Shown: positions 12,206-25,688, counted from the whole stretch's first letter. The stretch is DNA of 63,961 bases, filler included, from Rhabdomonas costata (GCA_019059605.1; 48 parts of 48 records of this genome joined end to end with filler, not necessarily neighbours in it), one strand, 5' to 3'. Notes: generated from the sequence alone by a model not told the origin. Made by a program: numbers and translations.

Positions 12206-13357
12206 TCTTCACCAGTGCTCCATTTTCATCGTTTGCCACTAGGCTCGTGTTTACTACCTCTCCGGCCCCAATGTGCGCGGTGGGTGCAGAGCTCCGATGC
12301 TCTCTCACGCTGCTGGATTGCAATGATCAGGTCGAGGAGAGCGTGCATTTTCTCTGCTGCCAGAATTTTTTTGCGCGGCGCATGCACTGGTTTTCCTCTT
12401 CTCCGCAGCGGTTAGTGTGGAAAAGAGATGCGACAGGAGTTTCTCTGAGCTCAAACCCCAGTTCTCTCGCAACCGGGCTAGAAGTGGGTGAAGGTCTGGG
12501 TCTGGGTCTGGGTCTGGATCGGGTGCGCGGTAAAAAATGGTTGTGCAGTCTCCTCAGAATTCCTCCTGCCATCCCGAAAGGTTGTGGAGCTCGATTCCAG
12601 GCTGTGGGTGGCCGTGGACGAGCACCCACTGGAGGAGCAGCCCGAGGAGCATCACGGCGCACTCACCGCGCAGCTCGGGGGCACGGAAGTCCACCGCGGG
12701 AAGGTGTGAACGCACTCTCTGTCCATGTATTCCTTTGCCTCTTTGTCCAACTCCAGAAAGACCCATGTCTGTGTGAAGCTTTCTGATAATTTGCGCACAA
12801 CCTTAGCGTGTTTTTGGAGACACTTATATCATTTGGCAAGTGTTTATCCGATAGACGTCATGAAATACTGTGCCATTGCCAAAGGTGAGCGGCGAAATAA
12901 GTTTACTGTCACCTTAGACTTAGAAGCTTCGATTGCACAAGACACGATTTACAATGTGAGGCTTTTGCATCTATCTCGAAACCTCGACAGAGTCTAAAAG
13001 GTGTGGTTTTGGTCCAACTTTAATGATGGGTACCGAACGCGCCATCGCATGGTTTTGTTCGTGGTTTGTTTTCCGCACGCACGCACGCACGCACACACAC
13101 GCACACACAACAAACGCACGCCACTCTCCATCTACTAAAGAGCGATGTGCTGGCACGGCAACTCCTGTAGATACTGAGTGCTGCCCGTTCACCCATCCGA
13201 AAGAAAAGCTCCAAGGGTCGTTCCCACAACACCCAAACTCACCTAACACANNNNNNNNNNNNNNNNNNNNNNNNNNNNNNNNNNNNNNNNNNNNTTAATT
13301 AATTAANNNNNNNNNNNNNNNNNNNNNNNNNNNNNNNNNNNNNNNNNNNNGTGGGGT

Positions 13358-13490
13358 GGGAAGAGTAGAGTCACACATCTAAGAAACACGCACTTCATCT
13401 GTCATATTTTTGCTTTTTGAGGCTCTTGCACAAAGCAAAAATATGACAGATGAAGTGCGTGTTTCTTAGATGTGTGACTCTACTCTTCCC
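13358..13490. repeat. Perfect 59-bp terminal inverted duplication (probable fold-back)
   Basis: Arms 13358-13416 and 13432-13490 at the contig start. Confidence 0.9.
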
Positions 13491-14018
13491 TGCCGTCATC
13501 CAAAGTTGCGCGACGGAACGAAACTCCGGCCAATTCCGAGGCTATACATGTCCCCAGACAGGCACCTGCGGGCCCCTATGTTCCACAGGGGAAGTCCTGG
13601 TTGGGGTGGGGCCAGGGTTGCCTTCACCAGCACGCCTACGCCTGAGCGGTACCAGCGTGTTAGATCGTAAATATGGATTCGCGATTTCCGTGCTTGTTAG
13701 TATCCATACCAGTATTTACCCCTTACACCCAACTGCCCTAGATTCCACGCGCTCAACTTGCAGCTTGCGCATTCATCAGTCACCGGTGATTCCGTACCAA
13801 TTTCAGGTGCGACGTTCCAGTCCTGTTTTGGGAACTCGAGGCTTGTTGTAATATTTCAACCTTTGATTGAGCTGTGCCGAAAAGGTGGAAGAGTTGGTTA
13901 AGGTGGAGTTTACCCCCATCACTGAAACTACAGGTTGCTGCATTCGGAGGGCCGGGGATTGGTTCTTCTTCGACAAACGGCATGTTCACAATCAGTGCTC
14001 TTTCCGTGCTCCCTTTAG

Positions 14019-14379
14019 GCACACCGCAGTGTTCGATCCGTCGTGCGCCTGGTGGACGTTCAACGTGGTATTCAACTGGGCGCAACTTCATTATAACCTC
14101 ATGTCCCCAGTCATCATTGCCAAGCGAGCGGCCATTGAGGAGGCAGGCACCACCCTGCTGCAGAGTATCGAGGAGAAAGCCCTGCCCCTGTGCAACGGCT
14201 CTCGTTGCGACCCACAGGTTGTTGTCATGCTGCAAACGGAAACCCTCTCTCACGCCCGCGCCGCGGTGAAGTCCTGGTGGAAGCTGGCGTACCGCCTGTT
14301 CGCGAAGTACGCCTCCGGGTTTGTGACTTCGAAGCGCGGGGAACAAAAGCAGCCAGGCTATCCGAAGCACTGGCTGGAG
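14019..14379 (+). CDS. Peptidase family C69 (dipeptidase), C-terminal exon
   Basis: FDPSCAWWTFNVVFNWAQLHY...WWKLAYRLFAKYASG...PGYPKHWLE is typical of C69 C-termini; AG/GT-bounded. Confidence 0.75.
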
Positions 14380-14755
14380 GTGTGTCCAAGTACGAGAAGT
14401 CTCACGGAGCTAGTGCGGATACCTCCTTATTTTGTAGTGGTCTCACTCAAGTGGCACGCGAGACGAAACCAAGCAAAAGGGGACTTCGTCATTTGAAACA
14501 AAATCTGGGCATGACAACAGTATAACAAAGCTTCAGGTGCAGCCCCTGTCCCCGTTCCACACAGAACAGTGTTCCCCCACAAAACNNNNNNNNNNNNNNN
14601 NNNNNNNNNNNNNNNNNNNNNNNNNNNNNTTAATTAATTAANNNNNNNNNNNNNNNNNNNNNNNNNNNNNNNNNNNNNNNNNNNNGTGTTGTGGGGTGAC
14701 ATTCCGCTTTGACCGTGGCCACATCTGTGGTCCTCAATTGCCCGCTCCTGTAAAG

Positions 14756-15130
14756 TAATGCGTGGGTGGGTGCAGGGGAGTTAACCGGTTCCAGTGGTAT
14801 TTGCCTGTTTTTATAAAGCGTGAGTGATCCTTCGTTGCTTGATATGGAAGGCTTCGACGGGATTGGAGGGCAATGCTCTGTTCTGGCAATGCACGATAAT
14901 TCGCAGGGGGATAGGTGGTGATGCACGCGTCCATGGAATTCCAATAGTAGTGCAGGATTCCAGGATATCTTGGGCGGCGGAGTGGCCGGAAGGGTCCATA
15001 AACCTGGGTATTCAATGTTCAATTGCTCATTAAGTTGGGCTTTGAACGAATGCCTGGGTACCACTGGTATCTGGTTAACACGGGTCCCGGGTAGTACGGG
15101 TACCCCTCCCCCCACTCCCACACACATACG
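14756..15130. mobile_element. Putative degenerate MITE
   Basis: Inverted pair gttaaccggttccagtggta (14780) and taccactggtatctggttaac (15059), a weaker outer inverted match, and repeated cgggt motifs. Confidence 0.4.
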
Positions 15131-15249
15131 CTACTTACAAGGCCCAATAGCCTTTTGTTCGGTTACCAGAGGGCAGACCGCGGAAGCTGATGAGTTGGCG
15201 CCACGCCACCAAAAATAAGACTAAAAGGCAGACCTTAAACTGGTTACAC

Positions 15250-15423
15250 TCATTCGCTGATGATCTCCTCCATCACAATCACCAACGACTTCGCGGCCTT
15301 GGCCTGCTCCAAGGTCAGCTGGTGGGGCTCCCACTCCAGGGCTCCCTCCACAGCTTGGATTGTGGTGGGGTGCACTTTGCACAGGTTGGTGACCCGGAAG
15401 TGGGAGTTGGGGGGCAGCAGAAC
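15250..15423 (-). CDS. ADP-ribosyltransferase-like domain, last exon
   Basis: VLLPPNSHFRV follows the E-x-E-VLLPP..F.V strand of ART domains and ends ...LVIVMEEIISE-TGA; CAG acceptor. Confidence 0.65.
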   Translation of the reverse strand, partial: VLLPPNSHFRVTNLCKVHPTTIQAVEGALEWEPHQLTLEQAKAAKSLVIVMEEIISE

Positions 15424-17599
15424 CTGAAAGCAAAAGTCCGGGAGAAAACTGGCAAGAGGAGGAAAAACCACAAGCGGTGCGAAGTTCAACCCCCGTGGAG
15501 TCCGCGGGGGCGGATGGGTTGGGACGTTCCATGGGAGGGGCGATGCTCCGTTTAGCAATGCTAAGTGTCGGAATCAGATATATTCTGGGATGCTATTTTT
15601 AGGACACGGGGGATACGTAACCTGTGTCGGATACCTCTAAATGCATTTATTTTAGCGAAATGGGGGTTAGGTATACTGTTTTTCTGACCAGGCAGACATT
15701 TTTTTGCTTTGAGGGGGATTGGAAATTTGTAAACGTTCAGCAGTGCTAAACGTTTAACCCCCCCCCCCCGCAAGAGGCCCAAGTTGATTATCTTCAGGAA
15801 TGCTGCGCATAAATGCATACTCGCAATGCGAGTGCAGTGAATGCAGCCTACCGCTGTACCGAAATTCCCGCCGAATAGATCGTGTTCCGCTCCCCTAATC
15901 TCACCCCCCCCCCCCAACAANNNNNNNNNNNNNNNNNNNNNNNNNNNNNNNNNNNNNNNNNNNNTTAATTAATTAANNNNNNNNNNNNNNNNNNNNNNNN
16001 NNNNNNNNNNNNNNNNNNNNTTTGTGTGGTTTCCGCTCGCTTCTGCACTTTTCCGCATCCCCAGTGTGACTTCTGGGGCTTCCTGAGAAGCACCGTTTTC
16101 ATGGGCAGCTGGCGTGGATGCACCTGGTTCACCTGCTCCCCACTACCCTGTGCATGTCCAAGACGTGTTGCCACAAAGGCTTCCTCGGCTGGTTGACTTC
16201 CGGCACACGTACGACTGCGCTCACGTGCCTTTTCTCTTGTGCGGAGGTGAGCTCTATTGGTGCTTCCTATTGCAAATTTCTACCGTCCCTTGCTATTTCA
16301 GTTTTTTAGAGCTCATCCGCGTTGTGTTTGCTTCTGTGTTGGCTGGCTCATGCTTTTCCGAGAGAGTGAAGAACGTGGAAATTTGGGCGTAAAAGCCTTG
16401 CACGCCGCAACCCCACTTTGCCCCAGAAAATTTTGTGCCCCTTACTCCCACCACACCTCTCGCTTTCATCTGGTTACCGGAATGTGCGGTCTGATTCTTA
16501 AAGCCAGGTTTGCACTGCACAGCATGCTTTGGAAGTGTCATGGGAAACTCAAGCTTTGCCAAGCCTCAAAAGAGGGAGTTGGTTCGCACGTGTCATTTCA
16601 GCCTTTTTTATGGAGGCGGACTCACCACAAGTCCCAAATACCTCGCGATCAAGCAGTCCAAGGATTCGAAAAACTTGTAACCAGGTTCTTTGATTTCTGA
16701 ATTTATTCTTTTGTAAGTGTCACCGCTATCTGAGGTTTGCTGCTTTTAGCTGTTACTTTTTCAGATTTTATATCGCATGAGTCCTGGTTCTGTGCTGGTA
16801 CTATCTCTGTTGGGTTCCATATCCACCCGTCTCAAGCATTCTGTTCTCTCCCCCCAGAGTGCGGCTCTTTCCTTTCATCCCAGCCACAGAACCTGCTCAC
16901 ATCCACTTTCAGTAAAGAGGGCCTTCGTCCAGCACCATTTCTCCACAAGCTACTGTCTCGGACGATCCATGGCTGTTGCCAACGTGGATACCTCTGTCGA
17001 CGTCAGCAAGCTCCATTACAGCGCGCCCGAGCCCGCGTTTGTTCCGAAGCACTCCCCGAGGTGTAACTGTGTGGCGGTGGCTTTTGTGGCCTCTGATGAC
17101 ACCGTGTACGAGAACCAAGGCGTTGTAGAGGACAGAGGAGTTCACTGAGCCTAAGCACAGAAGCACCACGAGTTCCTTAAGGCCACCTGCGTCAAACTCC
17201 ACCACCTGCCCCAGAGAAAACCTCCTCCATCAGATAACCTCTTCAATTCCACACCNNNNNNNNNNNNNNNNNNNNNNNNNNNNNNNNNNNNNNNNNNNNT
17301 TAATTAATTAANNNNNNNNNNNNNNNNNNNNNNNNNNNNNNNNNNNNNNNNNNNNGGGGTTGTGGTGTGTGTAAGAGGTGTTCCCTCTCAGTGCGTCAAC
17401 CCATAGGCGTATTTGTCTGGGGTGGAGGGCAGATGCTCTCGCAGATACTCTCCTTTCTGTCTCTCCAACCCCCTGCTGCCACCCGAAACTCCCCCCATGC
17501 ACTGTGTGCGAGGTAATCCATTGAGCTCTTCTGGCTTTGTGGGGTCGTTGTGTTCCTTTGTCGTTATTGCTGTGCAATTGTGCAATTCTCGCGGGAGGG

Positions 17600-17960
17600 T
17601 GGTGGGCCCACCCTAAAGCGGCACCAACTCTGTGGCAACCTTCCAGTGCGCCCAGAGGAATTAGTGGTGCGTGGCACAGTCTTGTGCGGTGTGCCTGCGT
17701 ACTTGTCCGGGGGGTTTGGTAGGCCTGCTCTTCTGCATATGCCGACACCTTCGTGTTGTACCTTCTGCTTGCCTTCGGGAGGAGCAGGGCTTTTAAAATG
17801 GTTGTCCCCGAACGACCCGGAAATACGAGATCCTCACGACGTAGTGCCATAAAGTTTGGTGACCATGTTGATCAACCAGATGTTGATGTTTTCCCCCGTT
17901 TTGCCCTCCCTCAGTTGTGACCTGTTTGGGTTGATGTAGTGTCGCGTGCGCCGTTCATGA
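17600..17960 (-). mobile_element. Possible piggyBac-like transposase remnant
   Basis: EGKTGENINIWLINMVTKLYGTTS*GSRISGSFGDNHFKSP...EGVGICRRAGLP loosely fits DNxFxS...GTxRxxRxxLP; in-frame stop. Confidence 0.3.
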
Positions 17961-20900
17961 ACACGCTGTGACCTTCGCCACCTGTTTCCAGAACAAGTTG
18001 CCCTTCTGAACAGCCAAATGAAAGCAAACCCTTCAGATGGCATTTTGACCTTTGGGTGTTTTCCCTCATTAGGTTTTACTCTTACCCTTTCTCTTGCCTA
18101 TTTCTTCACCCGCTGTTCGCTACCACTTCCCCACTCCTCACACCAAAGTCTCGTTTTTTCGCACCCTTGTGTGCAGAAGTCCTGCGCCCCAATGCTTGCG
18201 GAACTTCCCCACTGTGAGATGCCGAGAGGCGGCCCAAAGGACCGTGACCGTAAGCCCCCCGCGGACCCCTCTGAAGTGGCGAAGCAGTGCAAACTCCCAG
18301 TGCACCAGTACGCCTCGAGCTGGTGCGGCACTCCCCTCCTCCAATGATCCGGCCAGTTCCTAGTTTCGAATCTTTGAGAATTTATATCTTGGAGGGACTC
18401 TTACGGAATTTGGAGAAACTTGTACGGGGGCATAGCATCTTTGGGGCTGGAGACTTAAACATCAAAATATCAGCTGAACGAACCCAATTCTGGACCCCCC
18501 CCCTCCTCCCAGGAATATGCATCACCACGTCGTGTTAAATCACGGAATCGTGCGTTGCTGTCGACCTCCCCTGGAAAGCCCCGCAACAAGNNNNNNNNNN
18601 NNNNNNNNNNNNNNNNNNNNNNNNNNNNNNNNNNTTAATTAATTAANNNNNNNNNNNNNNNNNNNNNNNNNNNNNNNNNNNNNNNNNNNNGGTGGGGGGG
18701 GGTGGCCGGGATATGCTCACTAGCTCCTTGATCGCATCAAAGAGACAAGGTGTACTCCTGCAGGGAGTCAGCCTGTGACTCTATCCGTTCACCCCTGATG
18801 AAAGCCCAGGGCCCGCGGCACCTCCACGAACAATCCGATGTCGCTCTCCCAGGCGTGTGTGCACATGGTATGTGTGTGTGCCTTTTGAAATCCGCTGCTT
18901 TGGGAACGCCCGCTTGGGACCTAAAATTGGTGGCGGGGCCTCTGTTGTTGCCAAATGCTGTGGAGCATCGTAAATAATGGGCGTGGTGTGGGTTCCTATT
19001 TGTGGGGTTATAGGGACTTGAGGGTTCCTTGCATTGGGTCAGTCCACGAAATATGACTGAGGGGGTGGGATGGTGGGTTGACCAATGCATCGCTGCGTGC
19101 TGTAGCTCAGGTGTTTGGCCACATCGCCCAAAAACTGCCGTGTCTCCTGCGAAGGCGAGGAAAGAGGGAAAGAATGACGCTTTGCGTCTGCCCGACATGT
19201 GGCTGTGCTTCAGGCGTGGGCGTTCTCAGATTAGACTTCTGTTAATGGAGGGAAATAGGCACGTGCGGACGAGAGGTTCTCGCGGCATGCGGAAGTAAAG
19301 AAGAACCAGAAACCAACCAAAAAACGTGAGAGCTCCAAAAGCATGACAGAGGAAAAACGAAAAAACGCATCGGCTCCCCATTTGTCAAAAACATCCGCAA
19401 CGTTAATTCTTGCCTCCGCCGGCCTGATGTGGTTCACTCAAGTAAACTAATATTTACGGGGAACACCATCCGGTGTGATGGTGTGTGTGCGGCTCCCACC
19501 AGTCACCCATCTTTGTATGTACAAAAAAATTTAAACGAGACCCCCAAGTCGGCGTCCGAGACGGTACCAAAGCCGCCCAAAACCCCGTCGATGGTGGCAT
19601 CTGCTGCCTGAGAACAAATCGCCCCCACAATGGCAAAGTAGTTACCACATGAACAAAAACACAAAGAGAAAGGGAAGCATATGCGAAGAACAACTTTACT
19701 TCATCCCAGCAAATCCCTACAAAACCTACCCACCGCACCGACGCCCCCAAAGCACTGCACAGGGTGCCCCCGTTCATGAAGCTTCTACTTTGCAATATTA
19801 TATAGTGCAGTGGACGAGTCGCACAACGCGGACAAGGAAAAGCCACGGGCAGCACCAGCCACATCCCACTTTAGGAGCAAGGGGAGAAAAACACTCGCAA
19901 CATCTGGAACAAGGGCAACCCAACANNNNNNNNNNNNNNNNNNNNNNNNNNNNNNNNNNNNNNNNNNNNTTAATTAATTAANNNNNNNNNNNNNNNNNNN
20001 NNNNNNNNNNNNNNNNNNNNNNNNNTTGTTGTGGTAATGATCTCCGCCGCAGCGCGGGCCTTCGCGCGAAAATAATATGCCCCAGGGGTTCCGTGATCGA
20101 ATGGAAGCGGTTTGCGCCAAGTGCTAGGTGCATTTCCTCATCTACTTGTATCAAGTTACTCTCATTTGAGCAAATCTTCGACCACGAAAGGGTTCTGTGA
20201 GATTGTGAAAGAAAACTGCTATTTTCCTCTCTCACTCTGTCTTTCCCAACCGCATCTGCTCTTTTTGTTGGCACGCGCCTTCCCGCCCATCCCGTGGTGC
20301 TGTGCTGTGGTGATGTGGTGATTGTATTGCCTTCCGGGTTGCTAGAAAATCGGAGGTTTTCGCAAGGAAACATATGGTCATGGTTGCGTAGCACACACTG
20401 TTCACGAGAGTAGCAAAGGACACTACCGGAAGAGCAACGAACTCAAGGGGTTAATCGCGCCGCAACGCAAAAGTCAACAGCGGAGGGAGGGGGGACCGCA
20501 GTGAAGTGACTGCGCCAGACCCCAGAGCCCGATCGATGATGATGCTGTGTCGTTTAAAGAGCTGTGTATTTGTGATTTGAGATGCTCCACCAGCGCACCT
20601 GCTGCAGCGCGATCGGGTCCAAGTTCGGGTCATGCTTCACCACCATGGCGAGAATTTCCCTGCAAGGTAAACACAACCGAACAAGGGATCACTCGTGATC
20701 AAATGATGATCATACGCGCATCATCTGAGCAACGCTCGTCGACTGGCATCACCGCTCAGAAGGCCACAGAGCCGTTGCGGAAAAATGAGCGGTTGACTGC
20801 GGAAAGGCAAAAAGGGAAAGTGGAGGCAATGCCATAATCTCCCCAGCGGTGGGTCCAACGGAAGAAGCAGAAACTGCCGACTTGATTCCGAAAATAAGCT

Positions 20901-21012
20901 CATGGTGATGGATCGAAAAAACAACATTGGGAAGACATGGAGGGTTACCAGCGATATCAAAGCAAAAAGATGTGACTCGTGCCAATGGATTGACACTGAT
21001 GTGTGAGCATAC

Positions 21013-21121
21013 CGCTCCTCCTGAAGGCGGCCTTGCAAGTGCTTGCGGCACCAGAAGCCTCGCCACACCCGCTGGATCATTGTGGCCGCCAGGACTCGGC
21101 GAACGTGCGCCGACTCTTCCG
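21013..21121 (-). CDS. IQ calmodulin-binding motif exon
   Basis: AATMIQRVWRGFWCRK; CAG acceptor and GTATGC donor. Confidence 0.75.
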
Positions 21122-21594
21122 CTGCGCACACCGAGACATAAGCGAGAACTCTTCACACGAGAAATGGATGACACATGCGATCCATGCAATTTGCGCAAGT
21201 CAAAATTGAACTCAAATTTTGGCATATGTGGCCGCTCCTCAACCCAAGTCCCACACACACNNNNNNNNNNNNNNNNNNNNNNNNNNNNNNNNNNNNNNNN
21301 NNNNTTAATTAATTAANNNNNNNNNNNNNNNNNNNNNNNNNNNNNNNNNNNNNNNNNNNNGGTGGTGGTGACCAAGGCATTGACAGAGATTCCAGATTCT
21401 CAGAACATTCATTTCCTTGAGTTCTTGAGGAACTTAAGGAAATGAATGTTCTTGAGGATAATCTGTGCGCACTACCACTACTCCTGGTTGGTTTTTGGAA
21501 CGTAGACAAAAGGAGAGTGGTGAGCGTGCAATAAGCGTGGGGGGAGGGGAAGCGAGGGGAAAGCTGGCTTCTTCGTGCACCCCACCCCTCGCAG

Positions 21595-21845
21595 TGCCGT
21601 ACATCGGGGAGATCATCGGGGGCTCCGCGCGTGAGGACAACCTGGAGAAGCTGCTGGCCAATATGGCGGACAAGGGGATCCCTGCGGAGGGCCTGCAGTG
21701 GTACCTCGACCTGCGTAGGTTCGGCTCCGCCCCCCACGCGGGGTTCGGGCTGGGCTTTGAGCGGATGGTGCTGCTGGTCACGGGGATGCTGAACATCCGC
21801 GACGTCATCCCGTTCCCCCGCGCCGTGGGGCTGGCCAACCACTGA
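21595..21845 (+). CDS. asnS: Asparaginyl-tRNA synthetase, last exon
   Basis: [11 protein letters not shown]...[41 protein letters not shown] (class II motif 3), followed by TGA. Confidence 0.95.
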
Positions 21846-22997
21846 GCGCTTAAGACGCAGGGAAACAGAAAGGGGGCTCTTCCTTCCGCTTTTCTGTTGT
21901 AGAGATCCTCGCACTGGCTCAGAAGGTTTTCGGGTTCTGATTTTTCTGTGGTGTTCTTGCCCGAACTCGGTAAAGAAACCAAAGGTGGGCTTTCGCGATG
22001 CCCTCCCCAGTATCGGTGCCTCTGTGTGCAGCCTTGCCTTGTCATAGAGGGGCTTGGTGCCGATACTGCGGTGGGTTGGCGGTGGTAAGCCTTACTTGCA
22101 CAGCTTCTCTTGACTCCGTGGACTTTCTTCTTGGTCACTTGCCATTACTCGCGGGTGGTCACTTAGGGCAGTGCAGAACAAGAACATTCGGCATACCTTC
22201 AGCAGTGAAACCGCAAATGAATGCGCATCTCCCTCTAACCCCCTGCGAGAATTAATATCTTGTCTCCTAGGGGGCACGGCATCTCTTCCTAACCCCTTGG
22301 GCCGCAGCTTCGCTGCGCTCCGCTGCCCAAGATCAAAAGACAGTCCATTAGTGGGGAACCTGGCACCAGATACCTAACCCCCTGCTTCTAAAAGAACCTG
22401 TCCTTGGGGGAACGTAGCAGAGTATACCTAACCCATGGATAACAGCCGGCACTCTCAGACAGTACTTCTGGTCAGTACACACCAGCCCAGGCTTGCCCCT
22501 GTACTTGCCCCTGGCCTTCAGCTCGGCCCCTGGCCTTCAGCTCAGAGCCACATTTCGAGCCCTTAGAAGGGGGCTCTCGGAGAACCCCAAACCCCNNNNN
22601 NNNNNNNNNNNNNNNNNNNNNNNNNNNNNNNNNNNNNNNTTAATTAATTAANNNNNNNNNNNNNNNNNNNNNNNNNNNNNNNNNNNNNNNNNNNNGTGTT
22701 TATGTGTATGTCAGTAGTCTGGGCGTGTGCAGAGGGCTGGAGCTCCACATAGCCGCGGGGTAATACCACTGTACAACTGTTGGGCAATTGACATTTTCCA
22801 ATGCCCAGTGACCCTTACCCCGAGAAGAGTCCAGGCAGCGGGAGAGTCTTGAAACCAAGTGCGCTCTCGCGCAAACTCTGGGCACACCATGCTGGGCACG
22901 CGGGGGGTGAGACGGGAATGTGGTTTGTTGTTTGAGTAATCTCCTAAATCCAAACGAGGCTGGAAAGTGTGCATGGTTGGGTCGCTTGTGACTCGAG

Positions 22998-23177
22998 GTG
23001 CTGGGGGGTCTCACGCAGCGGTTTTTGGCGCTTGGGTTTCGCCGGGAAGTGGTGGTGGGCTTCATCAACTCCTGCGTGGAGCCCACGGCAGATGGCGGGT
23101 GCGGCGACGGTCCCGCGGGGAAGCTTCTGGAGCGCGACCTGCAGCAGTGGAGCTTACTATACGGGAAAGTTGTGCAG
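22998..23177 (+). CDS. Unknown protein, internal exon
   Basis: 180-nt GC3-rich frame VLGGLTQRFLALGF...LLYGKVVQ between AG and GT. Confidence 0.55.
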
Positions 23178-25667
23178 GTCTGCGAGCAGGCTGTGGTTTT
23201 GTGGAAGCCCGAGGCCTCAGAGATGTTCCCTGAAATCAGGGTCAGTTTCTCGGAGGTTTCAGAGGACGGTGCGGGTGTTAGAGGTGAGCATTTTCCTCAG
23301 GGATATGTCTAGCCCGTGGGACGTTTTCCCCTGGAACCTTTTTTGTCTGTGTGGAGGAAGCCGGCAATTTGGGTGGGATTGGAAGTACGAGGAGTCCACT
23401 GATGCCGGCACCGTTGCCTGAGAGCACAAATAATGCCGCTGAATTGGGTCACGCCCCCAAGATTTGGATCGTAGCTTGTGCGGAAAGTTGTCCCTGTTGG
23501 GATGAAACGTGTCTTGTAGTTCCCCCCCGAACTACTGAGCTTTCTGTTGCAAGCGCACTCACGCCGCACCCTCGTTCCCACGTTTCCATTGCCTGACTTT
23601 TCTCGTATGTTTGCCTTCCCTTCAGGACATTGTCGAAGTGCAGCAGAGAAGGATGGAGGTCGAGAAACAACTGGCCTGCCGAAGAATGTATCTCGATCTT
23701 CAGGAGACCTTGAAGCAGGTTTCCCGCTTGCAGTGCCGTGCCGCATGAGATTGCCTCGCAATACTTCCACCTGTGCATCCTCTGTGCCATCCTTTTCATA
23801 TCAAAGAAGAAGAAACCAACTGCAACAAAGAACCAGAAACAGCCAACATCCAGTCCACAGCCAACCGAGTCCCTGGATGCGTGTGCTGCTAGGGAAAATA
23901 ACACATCCCACACAGGCAATCCACACAACANNNNNNNNNNNNNNNNNNNNNNNNNNNNNNNNNNNNNNNNNNNNTTAATTAATTAANNNNNNNNNNNNNN
24001 NNNNNNNNNNNNNNNNNNNNNNNNNNNNNNGGGGTTGGGGTCACAGAAGGAGGTTCAGATAAAAGCTTAAACGAGCCAATGCTACTCTTCTGTCAATCCA
24101 GCCTCAAGATTCAAGCTGCAGCTAAAAGGCTTTCCCGACTTAGTCGTGTTGACAAGGGCTGTGCGGCCACCTCTGCAGGCCCAACTTTCCTGCCGGTGTC
24201 ACGCAAAGGCAAAGTGCAAAACAAAATAAGAGGTGCAAAACGGTCCATAACATGACTTGGCAAAACCAGAGCAGACCAAGCCATTTTAAGGCGGGAAAAA
24301 AATAGTCAGCCACAACAGCGGAACATGCAATAACATTTGAGCAAAGCGAAGAAGAGCAGAAGAGCAGAGAAGCAAGTGCACCGAGGGGAAAGGAAATGGC
24401 TTGCAACCCCATTCCCAGTGTGCAGCACGAGCAAAATAAAGGATTGGCATGGCTCCAACCCAATATGAAGAAAAAGGACACCAGCAAGGCACACCCAAAA
24501 GAGGCAGTGTATGCAACTATTTCCCGACCCCCCCCCTCAAAAAATGAAGTGAGGGAAACTGTTCTGCGAGCATGCCTTTTGAAACAGCGAGAAAGGACGA
24601 GTGGCAACAAGGGTGGGCATGGGGGAACAGTATGAAAACACCATACAAAGAGCTTGGCGAGAACATGCAAAACCGCCAAGAGTCTGAATGATTCATTCAG
24701 GGGAGGAAAAACAGCAAATTTGAAAGCATTATATTTGAAGAAGACCCCGGGCCTGCTCGGCTTCGTCCTCGACTTGAAAGAATGCGCAAATACGTATCTA
24801 GATGAGCGTATTCTTTGCTTCAGTGAATAGGTTTCAATTCCGCTCACGTTGAGGCACTCTCTGCGACCAGGTGTCCATTACAGCTCCTGCTTCACTCAAC
24901 TGAGGGGGTCCTTCCAACTGAATCCCAATCTTTCAAAACCACCTGCCTGAAACATACTCCTAGACCACTTCCTGGTACTCATCAATGCCCCTTAACTGCA
25001 AAAGGGGCGGGGCTGAGAGAGCCCACCGCATCACTGCCGCCCATCGACATCATTGACTTCACAGTAGTCGGGGAGGGAGAGTTTTGAGGGGTGGGGCGTA
25101 CGCGGGTGCCGCGGCAATATTCATCTCCCCACAAGCGGGGCACGCCCAGTTGCCATGCCCAGCACCCAGTCGGCACTTCACATGAGGCAGGCACTGGAAC
25201 CTCAAGCTTCCATCCGGGTTGACACCAACCTGTGGATTTCGGAGATATAAAAGGAACCCAACAACNNNNNNNNNNNNNNNNNNNNNNNNNNNNNNNNNNN
25301 NNNNNNNNNTTAATTAATTAANNNNNNNNNNNNNNNNNNNNNNNNNNNNNNNNNNNNNNNNNNNNGGGTTTGTGGGCTATTTTGGGCCGTTTTTCGGACT
25401 TTTTGGCCCTCCCGCCTGAAAGGGCCTTTTTGGCCCTTTTCCGGTCTGATCCTAAGGTTTCGGTCGGACCTAAGCGTAGACCTCAGGAGTGCTTCCTGCT
25501 GGCGTCAAAATGGTGGTCGGCTGGCCTTCCTGCTTGCCTCCAGAAGAGAGATTCTTGCTAGTCTGCACTCGCGCAGCGGAAATGCGCAGACTAAGGGGTT
25601 GTTGCTGCTGCTGCTGCCTTTTCCGGGCACCGTGCCTTCCAGTGCAAGTAGGTTTTGGGGTCAACTC

Positions 25668-25688
25668 TAACCCTAAACCTAACCCTTA
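25668..25688. repeat. Short telomere-like (CCCTAA)n tract; a similar one lies at 30970-30998
   Basis: taaccctaaacctaaccctta and ttaaccctaacccttaccctagaccctag. Confidence 0.5.

Noticed and set aside
12022-13490. Perfect hairpins as pre-miRNAs or MITEs
   Set aside because: They have no mismatches, unrelated sequences and strictly terminal positions next to primer-like tracts, which indicates fold-back artefacts.
21309-22138. 201-aa and 234-aa minus-strand ORFs
   Set aside because: They are antisense shadows of the GC3-rich AsnRS exon.
22507-22543. Two-copy 18-19 nt direct repeat gcccctggccttcagctc
   Set aside because: A simple tandem duplication with no spacers and no third copy.
24140-24847. 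235-aa hydrophobic ORF as a membrane protein
   Set aside because: The hydrophobicity follows from the T-rich strand composition, and there is no host codon bias or motif.
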